IMG/VR virus record: IMGVR_UViG_3300037541_000804
Coordinates: 32,001 to 96,000 of that record
DNA length: 64,000 nucleotides
Origin: a virus
Direction: 5' to 3' (one strand)
Below are positions 47,724 through 56,949 of the stretch, piece by piece (positions within the stretch are counted from its first letter, which is position 1; the number at the start of each line of letters is the position of its first letter). The notes below the pieces were generated by a model, which was given only the letters and a program-made list of their open reading frames with translations, was not told where the DNA came from and did no database searches. The position numbers and the translations under genes are program-made.

Positions 47724-48413
47724 TTAGAGCGCCGTGACTTGGCCGATATAGCTGGTAGTCTCGCCCTTTTCATTCTGAACAATCGACACGCTAATATGCA
47801 AGCCAATCTTTTCACCATGAGCGTTGGTGAAATTAACGGTATCTTCGAATTCACAACCGTCATTAAATGCGCTAGACCATACTTTGGTATATCTAGCCAA
47901 TTCGTCAGTCTTGATAAAGCGCTTCCACGAAAATCCTAATAATTCATTGGCCCCACAATCTAAGAATCGGGCGTAGGTTCTGTTGACCCAAGTGTTTTTG
48001 CCATGAGAATCGCAAAAGAAGTAGCCGCTTTTTGAATCATTAAGTAAGGCTGATTGGCGACTATCGCTAGCCATTTGGCGCTCTTCAATGCGTTTGATAG
48101 CGTCAAAAATAGAAGACCCGCCGTTTTTGGTAAGCTTGTCTCTGACAAAATTGGTTAAGTCCATGACAGACTTCTTTACGTCGTCTATTTCCTTTCGGCC
48201 CAAATCTATTCCAGCTTTGTTTTCGGCCATTTCAAGTTCTAGCTTTCGCGCTAATTTAATCCAGCGCCAGAAACACGCGAAAGGCTTGGCTAAGACGGTT
48301 AAACATTGCCAAACAAAACCAACCAACTCCCTATATTTAAGAGCGAGCATGAAAATCGCCGTGCCAGAAGCGATTACTTGGGCAATGTGGGAGATTAGTT
48401 CCTGTTGATCCAT
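47724..48413 (-). CDS. membrane-anchored PAS-domain protein
   Basis: Hydrophobic N-terminus, coiled coil, NGGSS motif, then PAS-like D..G....VN...A..L......LLG..W...I. Confidence 0.7.
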   Translation of the reverse strand: MDQQELISHIAQVIASGTAIFMLALKYRELVGFVWQCLTVLAKPFACFWRWIKLARKLELEMAENKAGIDLGRKEIDDVKKSVMDLTNFVRDKLTKNGGSSIFDAIKRIEERQMASDSRQSALLNDSKSGYFFCDSHGKNTWVNRTYARFLDCGANELLGFSWKRFIKTDELARYTKVWSSAFNDGCEFEDTVNFTNAHGEKIGLHISVSIVQNEKGETTSYIGQVTAL

Positions 48414-48468
48414 GCAAAAGGATTACAGGCAAATAGGGAAAAATTCTAGACGATTATGGAAATTATAA

Positions 48469-49707
48469 CTATTTTCGCGGAATGGATTCGATCTTGTCTG
48501 CGAAATGTTTTTTATATTGATCTTCTTGGAATTTGATGTAGGCTTTATTGGCTCCAGCCCCTTTTTCTCTATTTAAGTTAAATTGCTCCATGTCCTCATT
48601 GGAACCAAACTTTTTGATCTGAAATTTGACATTTCCTTTAGTCATATCTATTAATTTATATCTAACAATCGCTGCTGGCAAAAATCCAAGATAAATAAGA
48701 GGTTTGATTTTTTGATCATAAAATTCTTGCGGCGACATTCCATATTTTTGATATGCAGTACTACTTGTTAGAGATATTCTTTTTCTTCTTTCCCCACAAC
48801 CATCAGAAAGCCATGATTGCGTACTTGCCACACGACCCCTTTCCGAAAGTTCCGCCCTCTTTGTTGGATCATTTTTGATAAGCTCCGCTCTCGCTCGGGC
48901 CTTTTCTCTGATTTTTTGCTTAGTCTCTTCGGTTTGAATTTTTCCAAACATTCCATTGTTTTCTCCCGACATATTTAACTCTCCGCTTTCATACTTCGCC
49001 TTCATTTTCAACGCTCTAATCTCAACAGCTTTTTGATACTTTTCTGGGTTTTCAATTCTATTTCTTTTGGCCGTGTCTTTCTGTTTTTGAATCCTTTCCA
49101 ATGAACGACTTCTTCCCCGCAAAGATAACTTTGGAATTCCCTTTTGAGACGCGCTCATTTTAGCTTTCGTTTCGTCGGAGTGCTTTTCCCCCTTCATACA
49201 TTTCATTGACGAATCTTTATATTCTTGAGTCATGATCCTAGACCAGCCAAGACTTTCAAATTCGGCAATTTCATCGACCTTGCTTTCGTGCAACATTACC
49301 CTTTTCTCCTTACTGTATAGCCTCACATAGGTTTTAAAATTTGGCTTTATCAAGGAATAAAGTCTCGCGTTCATATAACGACCTTCTTGGTGTGGGTTTT
49401 TCGCCCTAAGCTGTCTGAAAGCAAATATCATTTTCTGCTTTAAAAGAGAATCAAACATTTTTGTCGCACAAAGATGGACGATAAAATGTTCTTTGGCCGT
49501 TAAAAATACCAAGTTTTCCTTATCTTTTTCGCCTCCCAAGCCAAAGCTTTCTGGGAGAATATGATGAGATTCAACATACCCGAAAATCTCCTTTAAAACC
49601 TTTCGATCTTGTGGCCGTTTCAAGGCGTTCTCAATTATGCGAGAATAGTACTTTGTGTACTTGTTTTGGTTAGCTATAGAGATTACTTTTTCTAGATATA
49701 TATTCAT
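48469..49707 (-). CDS. HNH homing endonuclease with NUMOD3-type repeats
   Basis: ESHHILP...NLVFLTAKEHFIVH, HSDETKAKMS, and GENNGMFGK. Confidence 0.85.
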   Translation of the reverse strand: MNIYLEKVISIANQNKYTKYYSRIIENALKRPQDRKVLKEIFGYVESHHILPESFGLGGEKDKENLVFLTAKEHFIVHLCATKMFDSLLKQKMIFAFRQLRAKNPHQEGRYMNARLYSLIKPNFKTYVRLYSKEKRVMLHESKVDEIAEFESLGWSRIMTQEYKDSSMKCMKGEKHSDETKAKMSASQKGIPKLSLRGRSRSLERIQKQKDTAKRNRIENPEKYQKAVEIRALKMKAKYESGELNMSGENNGMFGKIQTEETKQKIREKARARAELIKNDPTKRAELSERGRVASTQSWLSDGCGERRKRISLTSSTAYQKYGMSPQEFYDQKIKPLIYLGFLPAAIVRYKLIDMTKGNVKFQIKKFGSNEDMEQFNLNREKGAGANKAYIKFQEDQYKKHFADKIESIPRK

Positions 49708-49767
49708 GGCAATATATATTAACCCCGAATACTACGTTAATAGATATTACTACAGATATAACCAGAA

Positions 49768-50511
49768 TTATTCAATCATTTTCAGCTTCTCTAGGATAAA
49801 GCGAACAAATCCAGACCTAAGAATGTCCTCTTTTCGCCTCAACTCAAAGCAGTGAATACCATTATCTCTAGACTCTTGATCATTAAATTCTTCGAAAATT
49901 TCCCTAAATCCAGACTCTCCTTTTGGCAAGTAGTTTTGATGTTTGCTGTCTCCAATAAAGAAAATCCTTGTAAATTCGGCGCATCTTGTCAAGAGCATTA
50001 AAAAATCTGTGCGGGAAATGTTTGCACTCTCATCAACGATGATAGCTTTGCACGCCCAATTTTTGCCTTGGACAAATCCTACGCTCGTAGAGTCAATTCT
50101 ATTTTCTGCCTTAAGCAATTCAATTTCAGATGGCGGCAAAAGCTCTTCTAGCTTATCATAGACTAGGCAAGTGTAGGGACTAAGTTTTTCTGCCAATTCG
50201 CCTTTCAAAAATCCGACTTTGCCAGATTTCGAGCTTTCTACGGGGTTTCTGACGTAGATAATTTGGTCAATTTTCTTCTGATTAAGAAGCTTTAGCGCAG
50301 CCAAAACACAGGTATAAGTCTTAGCCGTTCCGTATAGTCCGTCAATAAACACGCATCTCGTATCCTTGTCCATGGCGGTTTTCAGAATATCAACCTGCCT
50401 TTCCGTCATATCATCCCTTTCCCTAATATGAAGCTCTTGAGAGAGTTTTTCGCGTTGAAATACCTTCGGGGATTTATCTATGCCTTTTTTAACAGCGAGT
50501 TTTTTGCTCAT
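49768..50511 (-). CDS. phoH: PhoH-like ATPase
   Basis: GLYGTAKT, GFLKG...EKL.PY, IIVDESAN, LTR and IGD..Q. Confidence 0.9.
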   Translation of the reverse strand: MSKKLAVKKGIDKSPKVFQREKLSQELHIRERDDMTERQVDILKTAMDKDTRCVFIDGLYGTAKTYTCVLAALKLLNQKKIDQIIYVRNPVESSKSGKVGFLKGELAEKLSPYTCLVYDKLEELLPPSEIELLKAENRIDSTSVGFVQGKNWACKAIIVDESANISRTDFLMLLTRCAEFTRIFFIGDSKHQNYLPKGESGFREIFEEFNDQESRDNGIHCFELRRKEDILRSGFVRFILEKLKMIE

Positions 50512-50551
50512 GTTGGATATGTATTATATTACAGCCGCAAACCCAAAACCA

Positions 50552-51424
50552 CTAGAAAACATTTTCCACCAAATTGATTTGGCCGACTATTCCATCTGGC
50601 GAAACATCTAAATTCTGCGAAACAACTCTGCCCGTTGTGCAAATATTAAACAAACCATTATTCGATACCGTTCCCGTAACAAAAGTCGAAAAAGGATGAA
50701 ACGCTAAATTCAAAATTGCATTTCCACCACTAAAGTTAATAAATTCAGAAACATTTTCGCCGTTAATAGAAACCTGTTTCTCCACGCTCTCCAGAATAAC
50801 GGTTGATGGGTAAATGTCGCCTAGATTATAAATGGGCGAATGTCGAATGTTGTAAGAAATACTAATCCTCTCTTTTGAATCGGGCAAATTAACTCCAGAC
50901 CCAGAAACTCCCATTGCCAGCGCATGAATGCTTTCTAAATAAGCGCCCGAACCATTGTTTGTTAGGACATGCGAAATACTTTGGCCCGTAAAAGATTGGC
51001 CTGTTATTTCGGACAAATCGTAAACGTCAAAATCAGCAGACACTTTGACTGGCGATTGTGGAGAAATATCCAAGCCCAAATTCGACAAATAGCACTTCCG
51101 CAAGTTAAGATTTCCAAACTTTATCCTGTGTCCAAACTCAAAATCAGAGAGTAGGCCAGTAATTAGAGCCATTTGATTGTTCGTCTCGGCGGAGGAATTT
51201 GAGCCAATCAGCGGCAAAAACGTGGCCGAAAACTTCCCAACCTGAAATCCAGCCACATTATAATCGTCAAAAATTCTAGACTCACCAAAAACTTTGTTCG
51301 CTTCAAGGCTAGAATCGACGGAAAAGCTCGCATCTGTGGCCAAAAAGAACTGTCCAGTCGTCGGCGCAGTATTTTGCTCCAAAAAATTGGCAAAAATTGC
51401 AGAATTCTTATAAGAAACGAACAT
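50552..51424 (-). CDS. tail-tube-fold virion protein located away from the tail module
   Basis: KCYLSNLGLDISPQSPVKVSADF resembles the tube paralogues; late motif at 51456-51462. Confidence 0.5.
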   Translation of the reverse strand: MFVSYKNSAIFANFLEQNTAPTTGQFFLATDASFSVDSSLEANKVFGESRIFDDYNVAGFQVGKFSATFLPLIGSNSSAETNNQMALITGLLSDFEFGHRIKFGNLNLRKCYLSNLGLDISPQSPVKVSADFDVYDLSEITGQSFTGQSISHVLTNNGSGAYLESIHALAMGVSGSGVNLPDSKERISISYNIRHSPIYNLGDIYPSTVILESVEKQVSINGENVSEFINFSGGNAILNLAFHPFSTFVTGTVSNNGLFNICTTGRVVSQNLDVSPDGIVGQINLVENVF

Positions 51425-51429
51425 TTTTA

Positions 51430-51462
51430 TTGACAGGAACCTTAATCCTCACTATATTACAC
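51430..51462. promoter_or_regulatory. overlapping divergent promoters: + sigma70 (TTGACA-N17-TATATT) and - late GTGTAAT
   Basis: The -10 box at 51453-51458 overlaps ATTACAC at 51456-51462. Confidence 0.65.
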
Positions 51463-51465
51463 TCC

Positions 51466-52065
51466 ATGAGAGAAAACCTACGCCCATACACCAATCAATT
51501 ATCCAACCCAGCTTTATACGCGGCTTGCTTAAAATTAGACGATTACCCCAACTTTTGGACACATCCAGGTTCCGTTTTTTCCCACCATGGATATGTTGGC
51601 GGGTTGTGGATTCACACAAAAGAAGTTGTCGATTTTGCCCTACACCAAGCACAACAGTTTCCCGCCGTTAACAAAGACGTTTTGATTGCCGCCGCACTTT
51701 GGCATGACTTGGCGAAAGTTTGGGATTATAAACTCGCCCTATATTACGCCCATCAATACAATGAACTTCCAAAACACTACGTTTTAAAGGAAGAAAGCTT
51801 CCAAACTTGGAAAAAGGTTTACATCGCCGACTCCGATTACAAAAATCAAATCCACCACATCACAGGCTCAACCGCTGAATTCACCCATCACGCACTAAAT
51901 TGTGGAGTTGATAGAAAAATTATTAACCAAATAACCCACTGCATAATTTCGCACCATGGAAGGAAAGATTGGGGCAGCATCAAAGAGCCACAAACTTTAG
52001 AATCTTTGATTCTTCATCATGCCGACAATTTGAGCGCAAAATTCGGCCCGCGAAAGGATAAATAA
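51466..52065 (+). CDS. HD-domain hydrolase (YhaM-like)
   Basis: HHGYVGGLWIHT, LWHDLAK, HCIISHHG and HHADNLSA. Confidence 0.85.
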   Translation: MRENLRPYTNQLSNPALYAACLKLDDYPNFWTHPGSVFSHHGYVGGLWIHTKEVVDFALHQAQQFPAVNKDVLIAAALWHDLAKVWDYKLALYYAHQYNELPKHYVLKEESFQTWKKVYIADSDYKNQIHHITGSTAEFTHHALNCGVDRKIINQITHCIISHHGRKDWGSIKEPQTLESLILHHADNLSAKFGPRKDK

Positions 52066-52066
52066 T

Positions 52067-52720
52067 ATGTCAAAGAAAAGCAATTTAAAATACTCAATCA
52101 AAGAATTACAAAAGGCGCTATCCATTTTTGGAGACTCATATAAAACGGAGGTAGAATTCTTTCTGGAGTTTCTGGAGACAAATCCTTTGAAGAAGCGGTC
52201 TTTGATCCCAAGCGGCGGGAACGACTGTATTATGACGCCGCCAGAATTGGCAGAACAAATTGTCGGTCATTTTTCCAGGCTTGTTAACGAAACTCATTTG
52301 AATTTTCTTGAGCCATGTCGCGGAGAAGGGGCGTTTTATAATGCGATGCTAAGAGTAGTTTCGAGCAAAGCCCATAAAGATGCCGAATTTGATTGGTGTG
52401 AGCTATCAGAAGGTAAAGATTTTCTTGATCTTAAATTTAATCTATTTAAATACGATTTTATTTTTACAAATCCGCCATTCTCTAAGCTTCGCGCTTTCTT
52501 AAAAAAGAGTATGGAATTGGCCGACAATATTGTTTTTCTTTGCCCCGTAAATCACATTCTGGGGTTAAAGGCTCGTAAAAGAGATGTAAAAGAAGCTGGA
52601 TTTTTTGTTAGAGAAGTCTGTAGAGTCGAAAAACCCATTGAATGGCCAAGTTCTGGATTTGAGTATGCGGCAATTTATTTATCAAGACAGGCGGGCGATT
52701 GTAAATTCTCCGAACTTTGA
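52067..52720 (+). CDS. amino (N6A/N4C) DNA methyltransferase
   Basis: TPPELA, LEPCRGEGAF and TNPPFS. Confidence 0.85.
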   Translation: MSKKSNLKYSIKELQKALSIFGDSYKTEVEFFLEFLETNPLKKRSLIPSGGNDCIMTPPELAEQIVGHFSRLVNETHLNFLEPCRGEGAFYNAMLRVVSSKAHKDAEFDWCELSEGKDFLDLKFNLFKYDFIFTNPPFSKLRAFLKKSMELADNIVFLCPVNHILGLKARKRDVKEAGFFVREVCRVEKPIEWPSSGFEYAAIYLSRQAGDCKFSEL

Positions 52721-52853
52721 ACCCTCACCCCTCCGCCGCTTTGAAAATTCCTAAATCTTGGAAACTCGCCAGAAAATACCTCAAACAGTTCGGCCTCACA
52801 AGGGGCGAACAGAATCTACTTTTGGCCGTGCTGAAAATCAAAGATCAAATTAA

Positions 52854-53255
52854 GTGAACAAGAAGTTGTCTCGCGCTATTGAAATAGCCAAATGTTTAAA
52901 GCCATTTAAGCAGAACGGACAGCAGTTTCACGTTTCAATCGCTTACGCCAAGAATAAGATTGTGTCTATTGGCTATAATTCCTACACCCACGAGAATCTA
53001 GATCACCGTTTCGGCAAATACAAACCCACAAGAGCGGGTTCTAATTATCGCGCCTGTAGGCATTCGGAAACAGAAATGCTCCGACGCTTGAAAGGATCAA
53101 CAAAAGATTTGACAATCTGCAATGTTCGGATTGATAATAATGGCGAACCAGCAATAGCCAGCCCATGCAGAAATTGTCTCAAAATTCTTGACTCTTTAGG
53201 CTATCGGCGTATATTGTTCTCCATAGACAGCTATTCATACGGAACAATAGAATGA
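52854..53255 (+). CDS. CMP/dCMP deaminase-fold protein
   Basis: SIGYN, HSE and SPCRNC zinc motifs. Confidence 0.8.
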   Translation: MNKKLSRAIEIAKCLKPFKQNGQQFHVSIAYAKNKIVSIGYNSYTHENLDHRFGKYKPTRAGSNYRACRHSETEMLRRLKGSTKDLTICNVRIDNNGEPAIASPCRNCLKILDSLGYRRILFSIDSYSYGTIE

Positions 53256-53536
53256 ACCGCCCAATCAAAGACCTAATCCAAACCCGCCAAAAACTCCTCC
53301 CCGAATGGTCGGCGGAAACAATTAGTTTTGTGGACGAACTCTACTCCCGCCTAGAATGGGCCGAAACAGAAGTTGAAGTGTTCAACCTGCGCCTAAAAGG
53401 AGAATGGACGGCTGGCTCGAAACTCTATACTAAAAAAGAACTTGACAACGAGACAACGAAGGCTTACAATCGGGGATACAAAGATGGAGAAGAAAACTTC
53501 TACGGCGAAAACCGTGACGGCCATTTTATACGATGA
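53252..53536 (+). CDS. hypothetical protein
   Basis: ATGA-overlapping ORF. Confidence 0.55.
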   Translation: MNRPIKDLIQTRQKLLPEWSAETISFVDELYSRLEWAETEVEVFNLRLKGEWTAGSKLYTKKELDNETTKAYNRGYKDGEENFYGENRDGHFIR

Positions 53537-53709
53537 CTAAAAATGCAAACACATCAAAAGCCACTTTATGGGACGAAGACGATACCTGTCCTCAATGTGG
53601 GGATTGTATTGGGCCTATATGGTGGCTGGAATGCTGTGGTTTAGTAATGTGTGACGATTGCAGGGATAAGCATGATGTAAAATATCATTTCAATTTAACC
53701 CAAGAATGA
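53533..53709 (+). CDS. small zinc-finger protein (58 aa)
   Basis: CPQC...CC...CDDC...H, with ATGA overlaps on both sides. Confidence 0.55.
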   Translation: MTKNANTSKATLWDEDDTCPQCGDCIGPIWWLECCGLVMCDDCRDKHDVKYHFNLTQE

Positions 53710-53915
53710 AAGACTCTGACTTAATTATTAACTTTTACCCTCCGCGAAATAAAGGTGGCCAATATGTAGGAATTTCCTACGGCATCCAAGTTATTCACAA
53801 TCCCACAGGCTTGCAGGCAATTGTTAACACCGAACGCTCCCAACCCAAGAATAGAAACGTCGCCAAATCCATGATCGAGTGGGGATTAAACGAAATAGGA
53901 TGGAAAGATGACTAA
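53706..53915 (+). CDS. minimal peptide-chain release factor (GGQ) domain protein
   Basis: GGQYVG...IHNPTGLQA....ERSQPKNR..A matches the RF domain 3 signature. Confidence 0.8.
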   Translation: MKDSDLIINFYPPRNKGGQYVGISYGIQVIHNPTGLQAIVNTERSQPKNRNVAKSMIEWGLNEIGWKDD

Positions 53916-54381
53916 AACATATAACCAATTCAAAACCCTTGGCCATCTCGTTAAAAAGGGCGAAAAAAGCATTGGCAAAAACGAAAACGGCCAATCTGTG
54001 TTTCGACTCGACCAAACTCTTCCTATTTGTGAACCAGAAGAATTGGCCGATATTAAAGTTAAGATGGCCCAATACGCTACCCACGCAGTTTTCGATAGCG
54101 CAATCAGAAACGAAGCATATGTAATTTGCTGCGAAAACCAAGAATAATTTATGACCCAAGAACAACTAATCACCAATCAACAACTAAAAATCCACCAACT
54201 TGAGGCCGATAATAAAGACCTAATTAATTGTATCCAACGACTTCGCTCGGATATGATTTGTATCGGCGGGCCGCTAAATGATAACGTTCTAGAATATTCC
54301 CCCAAGCAATTGATGGTCTTTCAAAGGATGGATCGCCACATCGAAGAAGTAAGAGATTTCCTATATAAAGAACAAGAATAA
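53908..54381 (+). CDS. two small hypothetical proteins (53908-54147, 54151-54381)
   Basis: Tightly packed co-directional ORFs. Confidence 0.5.
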
Positions 54382-54415
54382 TTTAACCAAAAAAAAAACC
54401 AAACCACAAAACACC

Positions 54416-54913
54416 ATGCCTAATTTTGACATTACCCCGAACACTATTGCCGAAACAATCACCAAATTGATTACCTCCAATCACCCCGAACTCGTAGAAG
54501 CAAACGCTACTGTTGACACGATTTTCGCCTTTGACAACAACGGCGGATTCCCCGTGAAAACAAACGGCTACCCTTCTTCGGCCAACATTAAAATCAGCAA
54601 TCTAAAAAGTCGCGTAAAAGGCGCGGCGGATGCTGAAATCTGTATTGATCGTGAGGCATTTAACGCTATGAGCACTCCACAACAGGAAGCGTTGTTGGAT
54701 CGAGAGCTTCACAAACTGGTTGCAAAGCGAGACAAAGAAGGGGCCATTAAAACCGACGATGCCGAACGGCCAATTCTCAAGCTAAAGAAGTTCGACTATA
54801 TGCTTGGCTGGTTTAAGGAAATTGCAGTCCGACATGGCAGCGACTCTCCAGAAGTCTATCAGGCGAGTATTTTGTGGCAAAAAGATGGGCGGACTTTCTT
54901 TCCCAAAATCTAA
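54416..54913 (+). CDS. phage putative-metallopeptidase-like protein lacking HExxH
   Basis: D..I.ID...F..M...QQEALLDRELHK...F.EI..RHG pattern. Confidence 0.55.
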   Translation: MPNFDITPNTIAETITKLITSNHPELVEANATVDTIFAFDNNGGFPVKTNGYPSSANIKISNLKSRVKGAADAEICIDREAFNAMSTPQQEALLDRELHKLVAKRDKEGAIKTDDAERPILKLKKFDYMLGWFKEIAVRHGSDSPEVYQASILWQKDGRTFFPKI

Positions 54914-55418
54914 TGTCTAACGGAGAACTCCAAGAAAAGGTTGACCTGTTAGAAGACGTTTTCCGCCGAATTGCCTTGAGCTTAGGAGTCGGCGGATACA
55001 ATTCTACAACCGTTGATCCAATCTCATTCTACGACAAAATCAGTTGGGGCATTGACGAGTTTGCCAAAAGTTACCACCAACTGCAAGTCGATTTGGCCGA
55101 GAAAAAGTTCAAAGAACAATGCGCCGCAATAACAGCTAACGCCCTAGAGGATTAATTATGATCGGCTCATACGCACAACTCAACACCAACGTTTGGCCGT
55201 TCTTGGCTGGAACCCAATTCAAGATCGAAAGCGAAGATGATGGCATGTATTCACTCTGCGATTTCTTTCGCGGCCCAACAAGTGACGGACAAATCGTGAC
55301 TTGCGAATGGAAAGAATGCAATTACATTGACAAGAAAGACTACAAAGGCATAACCAAGAACGACACATTGGAACCCTATTACGAAGAAAAACCAGACTGG
55401 GAGCGCGACCATCCATAA
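54913..55418 (+). CDS. two small hypothetical proteins (54913-55155, 55158-55418)
   Basis: Tightly packed co-directional ORFs. Confidence 0.5.
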
Positions 55419-55653
55419 TATGAAAGTCCCAACTCACGAATTCTGGATTTCTTCGTCCTCATCTACTGGAAGGGGCAAATTCAAAAAATTTGTCCTGCTT
55501 GAAGATTACAATAAATTGCTAAAACAACGCGCCCAAAACAAAGAATGCTCGCCAATTAGATTGTTGGTGCCTCTGGAGTTCCGATAATGTTTAACTATTT
55601 TAAAAAACGCGCCCAAAAGAAAAGACAAAAACTCGGCGGAAGATGGGAAAACA

Positions 55654-56442
55654 TTAAATATCTATTCCATAGCCGAATACATCCCTACCATCCTTTGGGC
55701 GCTCAAGATTGTCCTTTTCCCACAAGGGTCTTAAATTAGTATAATGAAAGCATCTCTTTTGATCGTCCTCCCTAGTTAGGTCAAAAGTGTTGCATGGACG
55801 GATATGATCAATATGCCATTTATCAATGCCTTTCCCTCTATTTTCCCAACTCATCCCATCCACAAATTGATCTTCTAAATATTTTATTAAAAACTCAATT
55901 GAACACCCAACAAGCTCCATAGATTTTTTCATTTTTTGAGATTTTGCCAACCTTATTACATTGGCTATTCTACACGCTAGAATAGCACGAATCTTTCCCT
56001 GTTCTTTGTTTCTTTTTTGACGAGCGCTAATCTCTTCTGAGAACAAGTGGGAAGATTTGCTTCTATAAAAGTGTTCCATTTTTACAGAGCTTTCTCTGCC
56101 TTTTAAGCAAAATGGCCTACCAGCAATAGTCGCAATTATTTGCCGCCTCGCTTTTAGTCTATAAACCAATCTTGCCTCTTCATTGTCATAAGGTTTTCCA
56201 AGATAAATAAAAATTGTTAAATTGTTAAGACAATCAAATTCCTCCTTAGATTTCAAATCAACCAAAGTGAAAATAAGAGCGTCCTTATTTTTTGTTAAAC
56301 AAAATCTATTACCCACAACTTTCTGATTCCCAATTTTCAAATGTCCAAAATTTGAATGATCACCACCAAACTTCCTCGCTAATTCTCTAATTGATTCTGT
56401 GGTGGGTCTTTTAGTTATTACGTCGTAGATTTCTTCGTTCAT
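55654..56442 (-). CDS. HNH-type homing endonuclease (C-terminal nuclease)
   Basis: LVGCS...L...F.DGMSWEN.G..WHIDHIRPC..FDL...CFHYTNLRPLW..NL; opposite strand to neighbours; own late motif at 56454-56460. Confidence 0.85.
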   Translation of the reverse strand: MNEEIYDVITKRPTTESIRELARKFGGDHSNFGHLKIGNQKVVGNRFCLTKNKDALIFTLVDLKSKEEFDCLNNLTIFIYLGKPYDNEEARLVYRLKARRQIIATIAGRPFCLKGRESSVKMEHFYRSKSSHLFSEEISARQKRNKEQGKIRAILACRIANVIRLAKSQKMKKSMELVGCSIEFLIKYLEDQFVDGMSWENRGKGIDKWHIDHIRPCNTFDLTREDDQKRCFHYTNLRPLWEKDNLERPKDGRDVFGYGIDI

Positions 56443-56702
56443 GTATATACCATATTACACATTTCAATGGAATAGCGAAACCAGAGGCCGACCCTGTATT
56501 CTATGCAGAGGAACACCAGTTGTTGAAATTTATAATCCAAAGCTATGACTAACCCGCTAAAACCATCAAATATAAAGTGCGACTGCGGCGAACTCCCCAA
56601 AGACCATTTCCAAGGAGTCGGCCAATGTCTAAAAAACGGTTGCACATGGTATCATCCTAATGTAAAGTATATCAGCAGAAAGAAAAACGGCCCGAAATAA
56701 TT

Positions 56703-56948
56703 ATGACTTTCTCCTATTTAACAGCACTTATACTGTTCACTACATATGTAGTGATTGATATGCTCTACGCTTACTATGTGGTTTGCGTTACCAAAAAACT
56801 TGCATGTCGGGCGGCTTGTTGCTCGATGGTGATTTATTCGTTGTTGGCGTATGGAGTGGTTAGTTATTCACAAAATATTTGGTATCTTATTCCTCTCGCC
56901 AGCGGGGCGTGGTTGGGAACATTTCTAACTGTAAAATTTGTAAAATAA
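56703..56948 (+). CDS. small multi-pass membrane protein
   Basis: Three hydrophobic segments and GAWLGTFL. Confidence 0.65.
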   Translation: MTFSYLTALILFTTYVVIDMLYAYYVVCVTKKLACRAACCSMVIYSLLAYGVVSYSQNIWYLIPLASGAWLGTFLTVKFVK

Positions 56949-56949
56949 A

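Noticed and set aside
52067-52720. This methyltransferase as the cause of the GGCC-core enrichment
   Set aside because: Its target cannot be read from sequence. It is an NPPF amino-methyltransferase, and nothing links it to GGCC without methylome data.
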